This document shows positions 12,180 through 24,094 of a stretch of DNA of 64,000 bases, one piece after another. The position numbers and the translations under genes were made by a program. The stretch is from Eledone cirrhosa (Eukaryota), in the NCBI GenBank assembly GCA_964016885.1, contig OZ024742.1:37014001-37078000 (forward strand), read 5' to 3'. The notes below the pieces were generated by a model. That model was not told the DNA's origin, did no database searches, and saw nothing but the letters and a program-made list of their open reading frames with translations. Numbering within the stretch: position 1 is the first letter of the stretch; every line of letters begins with the position of its first letter.

Positions 12180-13372
12180 GCAGCATCCTCTCCTCTCCAA
12201 CGTGGACTAGTTCCAATAGGGAGTTGGGTGAAGCTCTCCAGCAATGGAGTGAGTTGGCTTGTCTCTTCCTGAGAAGGTGGAGGACAGTCGAAGTCAGAGA
12301 GCTTGGGACAGCATATGTTTGAGGGCCACCTTCGACTCGCTCTTCGTCCAGTCGTATCAGTTTGCAAGGCGCCGCTTACTATCTGCGAGCACCAAATACT
12401 CAGACGACTGGGTTGATGCCCTACCTGTGGCCGGCCAACGTTGGTGGCCTACTCAGCCTGGACGAACTTCGCCCTCAGAGTGGGAGCTGACGTCTGCATG
12501 GGTTTGAGGTGCCGATGCGGCAAACTCCTCGACTCTGCAGGCCGCCACCATCTTTCTTGCCGCCTGAATGCAAGCCGCTTCACGCGTCACACGGAGCTAA
12601 ACCTCATTCTGAAGAGAGCTTTGGCCCGGGCGAATATCCCCTCAATCTTGGAACCATCTGGGTTGACCAGAAGTGACGGCAAAAGACCTGACGGTCTTAC
12701 CCTGTGCCTCTGATCGAGAGGCAGGTGCCTTGTCTGGGACGTCACTGTTAGTGACTCTTTTGTTTCTTCCCACATCCTGGATACTGTGGTGAAGACGAGA
12801 GCCACAGCTTCTGCAGCCGAGCGAGTAAGACCCTCAAATACTCTGATCTGTCGGCCAGCTACATTTTTCAGCCTGTGGCTTTCGAGACGTTTGGGGGAGT
12901 CGGGCCGCTGACTGCGAGGTTCGTTTCCTTACTGGCGGCTCGTCTAATAGAGGTGACTGGCGAATCTCGCGAGGGTACTTGGCTGTTTCAGCGCATCAGC
13001 CTCGCCATCACCCGAGGCAACGCTGCGAGTGTGCTGGCTTGCCTCAAAAATCATTAGAAAGGTTGCCCAGTACTCGCGACGTTGCTGTCTTTTGCTCTGG
13101 TGTTGGCTTCGTTGTTCACCCCTTCCTTTACATTTTCTTTAATATTGTAGCATTGAAGGAATATATCTTTCATTGTATCATCCTTTGTAGTGTTACCGAG
13201 GTATTTGTAATGTTATTTATGTATATATTTAAAACATATTTGTTATGTTATTCTACTGTAAATTTATTTATATGCTCTGTTTATATTTTCATTCTGAAGG
13301 AATTGCAAACGATTTGTAATGTTGTTTGTGCAACTATGAAGGATATATTTATGAAATAAAGTATATATATAT
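12180..13372 (+). mobile_element. CRE-clade non-LTR retrotransposon 3' fragment (zinc knuckle + REL endonuclease)
   Basis: CRCGKLLDSAGRHHLSC..RH...EPSGLTRSDGKRPDGLT...LVWDVT...FETFGG...FQRISLAITRGNA; 3' AATAAA followed by (TA)n. Confidence 0.85.
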
Positions 13373-13894
13373 ACACTTCTAGTACAATGGTAAATCCGGC
13401 ACTGTTAATACCACATAACAAATCACCATAACCTCTCCTTTCTTCTTTTGTTTTTTTTAAGGAATGTAGAACTAGCAAGTTGTTTTAAGTAAAAGTAAAT
13501 AAAAAATTAAAAAACAGCATTACGGAATCGAAACCGGATCGCAGGCATTGATCTAATAGTAAGATAACCTCTCATCCACAACTGTCACCGCACGACGTAA
13601 ATAGTCTTTCTCTCTCTCTCTCTCTCTCACACACACATACACGTATATGTATGAAGTATTTCCGTAGGAGAGATAAAGGAAAAAAGAGTGCTCTATGTAG
13701 GCTACAGAGCTGTTTAGTTATGTAATAAACAACATAAGATAATTGATTCATTTACCAGTGGTTTCTTGAAGAGCTTGACACATAACTATATATATATAAA
13801 AGAAGTAATTCCGTCGGAAAGGTCCAGGAAAAAAGAGTGCTCTATGTAGGTTACAGAGCTTAATAGTTATATAATAAACAACATAAGATAATTA

Positions 13895-13954
13895 TTTCAT
13901 TTACCAGTGGTTTCTTGAAAGCAAACAAAACTGCTTTCAGTCATCAGAATGAAA
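13895..13954 (-). ncRNA. Type I hammerhead ribozyme motif (inverted partner of 13999-14058)
   Basis: Near-perfect reverse complement within the ~13863-14090 palindrome. Confidence 0.7.
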
Positions 13955-13998
13955 AAATCCTGGTGTATTTATTGAATACAATAAATACACCAGGATTT

Positions 13999-14058
13999 TT
14001 TCATTCTGATGACTGAAAGCAGATTTGTTTGCTTTCAAGAAACCACTGGTAAATGAAA
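13999..14058 (+). ncRNA. Type I hammerhead ribozyme motif
   Basis: Stem I TTTCATT/AATGAAA; core CTGATGA; stem II TGAAAGCAGA-TTTG-TTTGCTTTCA; GAAA; stem III ACC-ACT-GGT; GUA cleavage triplet. Confidence 0.75.
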
Positions 14059-14083
14059 TAATTATCTTATGTTGTTTATTACA

Positions 14084-14119
<36 letters not shown>

Positions 14120-14389
14120 GTTTAATGTGGTTTCCACGTATATGTATGTGTGCATAAAAGGATACAGTTCAACAACAATTTTAGATATTTATATTCAATT
14201 AAAAATATATTTTAAAAATATGGGTATATATATCTACGTATACATTTTAAAAAATTAATAGAAATTTTCTTTAATAAAAACAAAAAACAAAAATTATAAT
14301 GACAACATTATGACATGTTGGGTTTTGGTGATGTTGAGAGATGCTAGCTTGATTATTCGTACTTTCTGCTGTTTTGTATATGTAGGAAG

Positions 14390-14405
14390 ATGGCAGGTAT
14401 AAGAG
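14390..14405 (+). CDS. LEPROT: LEPROT/LEPROTL1 (VPS55 family) first coding exon, MAGIR+G
   Basis: ATGGCAGGTATAAGAG|GTGAGT; 16-nt phase-1 exon like vertebrate MAGVK/MAGIK exon 1. Confidence 0.88.
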
Positions 14406-14639
14406 GTGAGTCATTGTAAATTTACTTTCGACATAAATATCTATTAAACAACAACCTTTGATGTTATTTCAATCTACGACATCTTGTCTGTCTGTTTGTT
14501 CTTACTCTATCAAATACACAAATGAAGCGTAAAGAAATATAAACATGTTTTTATTTATTTCCACCCGTCATGATATCCCTCTCGCCTTGTCTTTTTTTCT
14601 TCTATTAAATTACAAGGATGTATGTACTTGTTGCGTTTC

Positions 14640-15700
14640 TATAACAATGTTGTTACTTTTGTTTAGCCCCTGTTCAATTCGATAGATGCCATAATCAAAG
14701 TCATTCCAACCATAACCATCACATCTTTTTTTTCCTTGGGTATTGTCTACCTTGGGCTACATTAATCTAATGTGTTATTTTGTTTAAAAGACCATAGCGT
14801 GTGATTTAATTAACTATTGGCCAGTCTTAATATAGGCGATAGATGCCGTAATCAAAGATATCCCATTTATGACCACCCCTTAAAGAACTAGTACTTTATT
14901 TTTTTTCTTCTTGCATATTGTTTACCCTTGCCTACTTTATCAAATATGTTCTTTGTTTAAAGACAATAGAGTGTGATTTCTTTTACTGGTCAGTTCTGAT
15001 AGATGTTATAATCAAAAGGCATTCCAGCCATGACCATGCCTCCATTTTTTGTTGCTTATTTTCCCGGTGGTGTTGTTTATTCTACGTTTTATTATCTAAT
15101 GGTTTCTTTTCTTAAGACAATGAGTGTGATTTGTTTAACCCTTGGTCAGTCCTGATAGGGAGATAGATGCTATACGCAAAACCATTCCTGCCAAATCCAT
15201 TGCTTCTATTTTTTCTTGTGGAGCATTGTGTACTTTAGGCTACAATTATCTAATGTGTTTTATTATAGGTAACATTTTATTTACATCTTAGATGGTAGGG
15301 TGTGATTTTAGGGGCATTTCACTTCTATTTCTAATAGGGCTAGCGATTACTTATAGAATTCCATCATTAACTCTCTATTATATGTGAGAGTGTGTTATGG
15401 TCCCAGTATACCTCGAGTTTAAATCTTACTCTAAGGGCCTCGCCACTGTTCTTTTAGACCCATGTAAGTCCTGATCGAGCAGCCCATAATTATCAAAAGC
15501 GTTTTAACCATAATAACCCCCCCTCTCTCTCTCTCTCTCTCTCCAGACAATTATATTATTTCGTTGTCCAATGCATCCATCTTTATTAAAAAACGCTAGT
15601 GTGATTTCAGGGAAGATGTAACTGCTATTTCTAGCACTTTTAACGACCATCGTTGGTGTGACCAGTCTCCTTGTAGTCATAGTGATTAATGTAAATGAAA
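14640..15700 (+). repeat. Degenerate tandem copies (~140-180 bp) of a dispersed repeat
   Basis: Recurring GATAGATGC..AATCAAA...TCTAATGTG...GTGTGATTT blocks; related inverted pieces at ~4590-4790 and ~11900-12050. Confidence 0.55.
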
Positions 15701-16816
15701 TAGGACACTAATACTAATGCTACTACTAATAATTTCTGATTTAGGCACAAGGTCAGCAATTTTTATTTGGATGTGGTGAAGAAAAGGTAATAATATTGAT
15801 CCTGGCGCTTGGCAGGATTTGAACTCAAAACGTAAAGAGCCATATCTAAATGTCTCCAAACATTTTAGTCTGACTCTGCCAGTCAAATTTAAGCACAGGA
15901 ACAGCAATTTGAAATAAAAACAATTTCTCACTAATTTATTCTGTGAATCGTTGATCAAATCATCATCATACATCTGCTTTCCTATGTTGACATAGGTTGG
16001 ATAGATCGTCATAGTCGAAGTCTTTTTTTAGAGATTCTGTTCTCTTAGATGAGTAAGGGACAATGTCACTCTTGCACGTTCTTAATTTTGGCATAGTTTC
16101 GGCATTATGAATGTTATGTCTTTGGCATAACAGAAGAATCCGTGTAACATTTTGTTTGGCACTGTTTCTACAATTGGATGCCCATCCTAATACCAACCAC
16201 TTTACAGAGCGTATTGGATGCATTTTATCATAGCGGCAGAAATAGAGACTATCATGTCTTTGACACAGAGGTCTAGCTACTCTTTGTTTGGCATGATTCT
16301 TACAGCTAGATGCCCTACCTAATGCCACTTACTTTACAGAGTGTACTGGGTGTATTTTGTCATGGTGCCAGCACTTGGGAGGTTGTTATATCTGTGGACA
16401 GGCCTGAAGAGTCTCCTTAACACTTTGTTCAGTACGGTTTTTATAGCGGAATACTCTTTTTAATGCTATCATGGGAAAAAATGGGAAATAATAATGCTGA
16501 TGATGCATAATTATATCGTCTACCATAACTTAACATTCCTTGCTATTAAAAACACACACATACACATACACACAAATAGACACATGCACACACACGCGCA
16601 TCTATGTCTATCATGTGTTCCATTCAACGTTATCCTGGTCATATGTTTAATTTACATTGCTACAATTATGTTTAATTTACATTGTTATTGTCAACAAACC
16701 ACTTTCGTTTATTATCCATGCTCTCTATGTTGGCTCCCCACCCTGTGCCACCCATCTCCTCTCCCTACTCCACTATTTAGTGTTGATGTTTCTAAACTAT
16801 TAAAATTAGCTTTTAA

Positions 16817-17272
16817 CCCTTTTGTTACTATATTTCCAATGTCTATGATTTTAATTTTGAAAATTATTAAACTCATGTTTGAAACGTAACTTAAAAAAGG
16901 TTCTTACATAAAATTATTTGAAGGTTTTGTTTAGATAAATATAAACACTTCAAAATAAACAACTCAGTATCGTAGAACTAGGACTGATTTCAGCCAGTTT
17001 GGTATCAAGAGTTAAATTGTCTGATTGACACTTTTGCTACTATATTTCTAGTAAAATACTCTCCCAATATGTTTGAAAATGATAAAAAAAATTTAAGGAT
17101 CTTAGTAAAATATATCTCTTTCATTAGGAAGCTAGTGTTTGGAACATTACTTCACAAGAATTTCTTAAGAAAAAATATGATGAAAGGTTTTAATATAAAT
17201 ATGAACGCTTTAAAATGAGCAGTTTTGTATCGTAGAACCAAGGCGGTTTCAAGCGGGTTGTTATCAAAAGGG
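16817..17272. mobile_element. piggyBac-like MITE
   Basis: TTAA|CCCTTTTG...CAAAAGGG|TTAA; related pieces at ~28000 and ~40550-41000. Confidence 0.65.
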
Positions 17273-17386
17273 TTAAATCAACATCTGAACTATTCTGAGT
17301 AGTGGCAGATAATATGGATGCAGCATAATCTAGTTGTTAGGATGTTGGTTTCATGATTGTAGGGTCATGGGTTCGTTTCTTAGACC

Positions 17387-18045
17387 AGGTTTGTGTGTGG
17401 TTGTGAGCTGGGTTGTGTGTGGTTGTGAGCTGGGTTGTGTGTGGTTGTGAGCTGGGTTGTGTGTGGTTGTGAGCAGGGTTGTGTGGTGGTGAACAGGGTT
17501 GTGTGGTTGAGAGCAGGGTTGTGTGTGGTTGAGAGCAGGGTTGTGTGTGGTTGAGAGCAGGGTTGTGTGTGGTTATGAGCAGTTGTTGTGTGTGGTTGTG
17601 AGCAGTTGTTGTGTGTGGTTGTGAGCAGGGTTGTGTGTGGTTGTGAGCAGTTGTTGTGTGTGGTTGTGAGCAGTTGTTGTGTGTGGTTGTGAGCAGGGTT
17701 GTGTGTGGTTGTGGGCAGGGCTGTGTGTGGTTGTGAGCAGGGTTGTGTGTGGTTGTGAGCAGTTGTGTGTGGTTGCTAGCAGTGTTGTCTGGTTGTGAGC
17801 AGGGCTGTGTGTGGTTGCTAGCAGGGTTGTGTGTGGTTGTGAGCAGGGTTGTGTGTGGTTGTGAGCAGGGTTGTGTGGTTGAGAGCAGGGTTGTGTGTGG
17901 TTGTGAGCAGGGTTGTGTGAGGTTGTGAGCAGGGTTGTGTGTGGTGAGCAGGGCTGTGTGGTTTGGAGCAGGGTTGTGTGTGGTGAGCAGGGCTGTGTGG
18001 TTTGGAGCAGGGTTGTGTGTGGTTGTGAGCAGGGCTGTGTGTAGC
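17387..18045 (+). repeat. ~22-bp GT-rich minisatellite (GGTTGTGTGTGGTTGTGAGCAG)n
   Basis: About 30 tandem units. Confidence 0.95.
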
Positions 18046-18162
18046 TCTCAACAGAGTATTTGACTAAAACCAGAGGGGTGAGTATTTTTAACATTGTTCT
18101 GATGCCAACTATAATGTTTCTTTTTCTTCTCTTTCATATTTACTTCGGTGTTTCAACTTTAG

Positions 18163-18163
18163 C
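18163..18163 (+). CDS. LEPROT: LEPROT single-nucleotide microexon (C, middle base of the Ala6 codon)
   Basis: Long polypyrimidine tract then TTTAG|C|GTGAGT; G+C+G gives GCG (Ala); needed to restore the frame. Confidence 0.75.
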
Positions 18164-19721
18164 GTGAGTATTGTACTTTTTTTTCTTTTCCTTTAACGTT
18201 TGTGGGAATTTATTGATTTGGGTGTCTTGAACTTATATCCCATTGCAGGCATTGTGTGTAGTGTTCCTAGGAAAATGTAAAAGCTGCTGAACTCTATTGT
18301 CCCTAACTCATGCTAAACATTGCTGTGTTTTTATGGAATTTTCTTTTTTCTTTTTTTTTTTTTGTTACAGCTTACAAGCATGTTGTTTTAACTGGTTGTA
18401 AGTTTCTCATGTGTTTTAAAAATAAGAATCCCAGTTCTGTCATGAAAAAACTTCCCTCTGAACTGGACACCAGTCTATTTCAGCACTTGTGCAAGTACTC
18501 ATTTTTTTCTCCAGCTGATTTGACTGGATTAACAGAAATTAAATATCTTGTTCAACATGCTTTGTTTAGGAATCAAATGCACAGCCTTATAATCATGTGT
18601 CCAACAACCTAGCTCATGAGACTATGGATTATAATATAAAGTACAAATTGAATTATTTACAATTAAGCATGATCTGACACCAGTCATTAATGAGGACAGA
18701 TACTACTTAGTTGTTGAGACCTCCAGTGTCCTCGTTCCCCAGACTGACATTTGTTCTTTCCTACCAAATTGGGATGAGGGCAACATACATTAGGAAGGAG
18801 TCTCGTGAGGGAAAATGGTTGATGCAATGGAAATCTCTGGTTGTTCTTCATGATAACACTTTTGCTATCTAATCTGCAGGGCATAGCGGAGATATATCGG
18901 TCAACTTACGATGTTTAGTTGTTTTTCTTTGCTTTTTGATATATTTGAAAAGAAAGAATTTAATTTAAGCAGACTGAGATAATATGTGGAGACGCATAGC
19001 CTAGTGGTAAGGGTGTTGGACTTATGATCATAATGTCTTTGGTTTGATTCCTGGGTTGGGTTGGGTTGTGTGGTGTGTTCTTGAACAAAACACTTCATTT
19101 CTCATTGCTCTAGTATACTCAGCTGAAAATGAGTACCAGCACTAGCTGGCATCCTGTCCAGGAGGAGCTTTGTACTCTGTCACTTCACGCCACAAAACCG
19201 GGATAAGCACCGGCCTGATAAGCCTCCTGGTTTGAGACAGACTTTAGGCTGAGATAAGTAAAGTATGGTGCTTTACTCAAAAACACAACACTACAGATCA
19301 GTTGTAACAATATTTGAACTCTTCAGGCTGTATTCAATAGGTTTGAATTTGTAATTCAGAGGTTCACTCTTGTCACACATTATCTCACACTACTTCAGCT
19401 AAGGAATTACATTATGGATATGTCTGTGGAATACTCAGCCAAATACATTATAATTCAAGATGGATTGTACCTGTTATTCAAAAGTCCAGTCTTGTCATGC
19501 TGATTTGACTTAAGAATTATGTTAAAGATATACGTGTCTGTGGAATATACAAATACTTAGACATTAATTTACAAAATGCACATCCAGTTGATGGGCAACT
19601 GTTGGAGGATCTATCCATCACTGCTATTGTATCTCTCTAAACCTGGTTAAATATCTGTTCTTACAATCAGAATTTATAATGGCTATCTGTGCAAATGATT
19701 ATCTCTCTCTCTATTTTCCAG

Positions 19722-19796
19722 GTTAGTTGGGTTGGCCTTTGTTGCTGCTGTTGGTATTTGTCTTGTAGTGTTGGGATGTGCCCTACCCACCTTCAA
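19722..19796 (+). CDS. LEPROT: LEPROT exon (G-LVGLAFVAAVGICLVVLGCALPTF-AA)
   Basis: TTTTCCAG|G TTA GTT...TTC AA|GTATGT; 75 nt; LGCAL motif. Confidence 0.9.
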
Positions 19797-20590
19797 GTAT
19801 GTAACTACAACTTTTTTTTTTTAAACATTTCTTTATTTATTTCTATTTGCTGTTTTCTCTCCAAGCAAAAGATAGGTTGTATAATGTGTGCATGCAAAGT
19901 GCAATGTTGCATAGTAGTGAAACCTGAGCTGAAAATGCAATATATATCTGAAGGTAGGAGAGAATCAAGTTGAGGATGCTTCTTTGGATGTGTAATGTTT
20001 GTGTGCATAAATGACAAGGCTCGGACGAGCAGAGGGAAAAATTAGACATAAGAAGAATTAGATACAGTGTGGAGGAGAGGATATTGCTCTGGACATGGAT
20101 GTGTAATGGAGGATGAACATTGGGTGAAAAAGGGTGAAAAGACTCAATGGAAGGAAGTGGAAGACTAAAGAAAACCTGGAAAGAAGTGCTAGTAGCTGAT
20201 ATCAAAATACTGAACTTCACAAGGAGATAATGAATGAATGCCATAAATGGAAGGAAGCTATGCAGGAGAAGACCTGTCCAATCCATATATATCAATTTAC
20301 AAGATCCCAAACCTCGTTCATGTACTGAGTGGAGTGGAACTTGTCAAATCGGACCAAGGAAATGTTTTCATTGGTCCTTCCATTGCTCATACTATCTACC
20401 AGTCGCAACTCCTGGCACATATATATATAAGATGTATGTGTGTACATATATGTACATTAATAGTTTCCATTGATGAATCCACAAAACAATGTAATGTTTT
20501 TTTCTCTCTCTCTCTCTCTCTCCAGTAATTGGTGGTTTGTGTTTGTTCTAATTCTCATGTTTCTCTCTTTCTTTCTCTCTCTCTCTCCAG

Positions 20591-20777
20591 CAACTGGTGG
20601 CCCATGTTTGTTCTGATATTCTACTTCCTGTCTCCACTACCCACTGTCATTTCACGACGTAGCTCACAGAGTTTTGACTCCAGTAGTAATGCCTGTGCTG
20701 AAGTGGCTATTTTCTTGACCACTGGAATTATAATATCTGCCATAGGCTTACCCCTTGTATTAGCACACGTTGCTGTG
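20591..20777 (+). CDS. LEPROT: LEPROT exon ([17 protein letters not shown]...[21 protein letters not shown])
   Basis: CTCCAG|C...GTG|GTAAGT; 187 nt; Vps55 motifs. Confidence 0.95.
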
Positions 20778-21900
20778 GTAAGTTAATCAACTTTAATAAT
20801 ATTCACTTACACATAACTCATTACTTTACCTGTATGGAAAGTTCCTGGCTTAAGGGTATCGAGAATGGGTAGAGCTGTTGCCTTTACAGGGGAGGTAGGA
20901 CCACTGCAATAAGTGTGTGAATCTGAGAGGGGAATATGTTGAATAAAATCATAATTAACTAATCGTCCTGAATTTTCTTTTACTCAGAATCAGGAATTTT
21001 TCAGTACCCCTCCATACATAACCCATTGTTTTATTATTACTTAACCTATATTTCTTTCAACAAAATGTAACACTTTGTTCACATTTACTTTATCTCAACC
21101 AGTGTGTGGGTGTGTGTGTTTTTGCAGCATAACCCTCTCAAAATACAAAATCTTATATATTTGTAAAAATAGTTGCCAGAATGCAGACAAGTGTAATAAT
21201 TAGTACCCTTTAAGGTGGTAGTGCTGGTGCCACTGGTTGGTGTTAGGAAGAGTATCCAGCCAGAGAAGACCAAACCAAAAATGGAGCATAACATGACAGC
21301 CAGTAAAACCTGTTCAAGCATGGTAAATAGATGTTAAATGGTGATGATGATGAAATAATACTTGAATACTTTTTTCCATCTTCAAGTGTTCTTTACTTTT
21401 ATTCAACTATAGTTATCTGCATTGTAGTGACTATATTTTCAAATTTACTAATGCTTCATAAGTTAGTCAATCTTGTTATAATGATGTTGATATATTTATT
21501 AATTAAAAAAAAAAGCAAAGAAAAGGAAAAATAAAACAGTTATGATGTTGAATATCTTTTGTTTTCATATTAGATGGTCATTTGGTGCTATGATAAAAAG
21601 CACCCAGTCCACACTAACGTGGTTGGTGTTACAAAGGTCATCCAGCCGTAGAAACCAAGCACATCCGTATGAGCAAGACGTCTCCTGAGTTGACTTGTCT
21701 CATAATGTGACAATGCATCTAACCCATGAAAGTATGGAAAATGGACATTAAACAGCAATGATAATAATGATGATCTTGGTTCAATTATTCTTGACAATGT
21801 AAAACAACTCACATAGCAGTAGTTTACTACCTCTCTTCTCCTCTCTTCTCAAAGATTTGAATGAACTAACTGACTAACTGATGTATTCTTTCTGTTGCAG

Positions 21901-22017
21901 ATCAAATGGGGTGCATGTGCACTGGTACTGTCTGGGAACATAATTGTCTTCTTCACAATCCTCGGTTACTTCATTGTGTTTTCCAGTGACGAGTTTGACT
22001 ACAACATGTGGTGTTAG
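21901..22017 (+). CDS. LEPROT: LEPROT last coding exon (IKWGACALVLSGNIIVFFTILGYFIVFSSDEFDYNMWC*)
   Basis: TTGCAG|ATC; total CDS 16+1+75+187+117 = 396 nt = 131 aa plus stop. Confidence 0.95.
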   Translation: MKWGACALVLSGNIIVFFTILGYFIVFSSDEFDYNMWC

Positions 22018-22946
22018 CTGTGGGCTTAACAAGCCACCACCACTATCACCAATACTATCACCACTACTACCACTGACCACTTTGGTTTGAGAAGACAACA
22101 AGCCATAGTAAGCAAAGCAAGCATCATGGGGATCCCTTATGCCCCACCCCACTCTCTTAAGTATCTACAAGGTATCCCACTGTTTTGAAGACATGATGGC
22201 GTTTCTAAAGAAGCTGGGTGTTTCTTTAAAACTTTGATCTGCCTTTCATGATTGACTTTGAAACAGCCACCAGTAAAATCCACTGAATGCATACAAACAA
22301 GCGTTTGTGTGTGTATGTATATATGTGCGTGTGTGTGTGTATACGTGTGTGTGGAGAGTGTTTCGAAGTTTGCTACAATGCAGACGGGGTTGTAAATGCC
22401 TAGGTATTATTATTACCTTAATATTTACAACCCTATCTGCATTGTAATAGCTCCCTAAATGTACCCACTTTTCATAATAATCCTCAATGCTTCAAGCAAA
22501 CTACCACACTCCATATATATATATATATATACATACATACACATGTATGTGTGTGTGCGTGCATGTATCACAGTAAACGTTCAAATTGACAGCCGTGGAC
22601 TTTGCAACACTTGTATATTCCCTGAATACAGGAATTTAATGTAGTAGAATGATGAATTACATATACAGAAAAAAACGTCTTTGTCCAGACTTTTGGGACA
22701 CCCTGCGTATTTGTATGTATATATATATATATACATGCATGCACATAAGTTTGTTATAGTTTGCCTCCTGTAAACACCAGTAGGTATTTGGTGAATCATT
22801 TTATTACTTATTGAGGGTTATCTCCCCTTACTTTTCTACGAGGTGAGCCGTGGGGGATTTTGGAAATTTACATGTCATGAAATTCCTTGTTAGCTCTCTC
22901 ACCTACACCCAGCTATATTTACACGCATGTACATATATATACACAT

Positions 22947-22982
<36 letters not shown>

Positions 22983-24019
22983 ATACATATATATAATCAG
23001 GGATATGTATGTTAATATATATATATATTATATATATATACACATATGTATACATGCTTATTTACATGTTTATATACATGCTTTTATACATAGGTCATTG
23101 CTTTTTGTGTGTGTGCTTGCATATATACATGCACACATATACATAAATATATATACAGAAGAAAAGAATTTGAAATTATTATAAGAGTGGTGGATTGGCA
23201 GACTTCTTACAGCATTTGACAAAATGCTTTGTGGCATTTGTTTTGGCTCTTTAAATTCTGAGTTCAAATCCCATTGAGGTCAATTTTGCCTTTCATCCTT
23301 CTGAAGTCAATAAAATATAGTACCAGTCAAGTACTGGGTTCAATTTAATCGAATTTCCCCTCCCCCGAATTGTTGGCTTCGTGTCTAAATCAGAAACCAT
23401 TATTATTATTGATAATATTCTTCTGTATTTCATATATAATATATATTTATTTATTTTTTCTGTCAATATTTGCTGTCTGAGTAACCAATGGCAATTAGTT
23501 GTTATTGGCTCATGGGTTGGAGGGATGGGGGTGGAAACATTAATCTGAAGCCTAATCTGATGGAATCAGTTGTTGCCAAGTAAGAAATATACTTCTATAA
23601 GCTGAAACAAGGTTGTAGAAGTGTAGAGAATGGTAGAATTGCCTGGAAGATTAATCTGAGAAAAACTGGAATAAACTAGCTTTTACTTATTATTTTCCAG
23701 TTCCAAGTTGATTTATGTGAAGTATGTAGTCTTGTATATAATTGTGATTGTGTGTGTGACTGTGTATATATATATATATATATACATACATATGTGTCAT
23801 TGTGTGTTCAAAAACAGTCTTGTTCATCTATCTATTTCTCTCTCAAACTGTTTGTTTCTCTCTTTCCTTTTCTCTCTACATCTCCTTTCCCCACCATCTA
23901 CTAATATACACTCAATAACAAACAGTTAAAACTTTTCTCATGTAAGACTCCTTTGCCATTTTATCTTCCTCCACTCTCCTCCTTTCCACTCATTTTGGGG
24001 TGAAAAACTTCATTTTACA

Positions 24020-24094
<75 letters not shown>

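Noticed and set aside
17573-18094. His/Thr-rich 173-aa ORF
   Set aside because: Minisatellite translation inside a LEPROT intron
19719-19724. LEPROT pseudogene or assembly frameshift
   Set aside because: Disfavoured because a well-signalled 1-nt exon supplies exactly the base giving the conserved Ala; not fully excluded without reads
22015-22029. Stop-codon readthrough (TAG CTG)
   Set aside because: A second stop follows after three codons; no evidence
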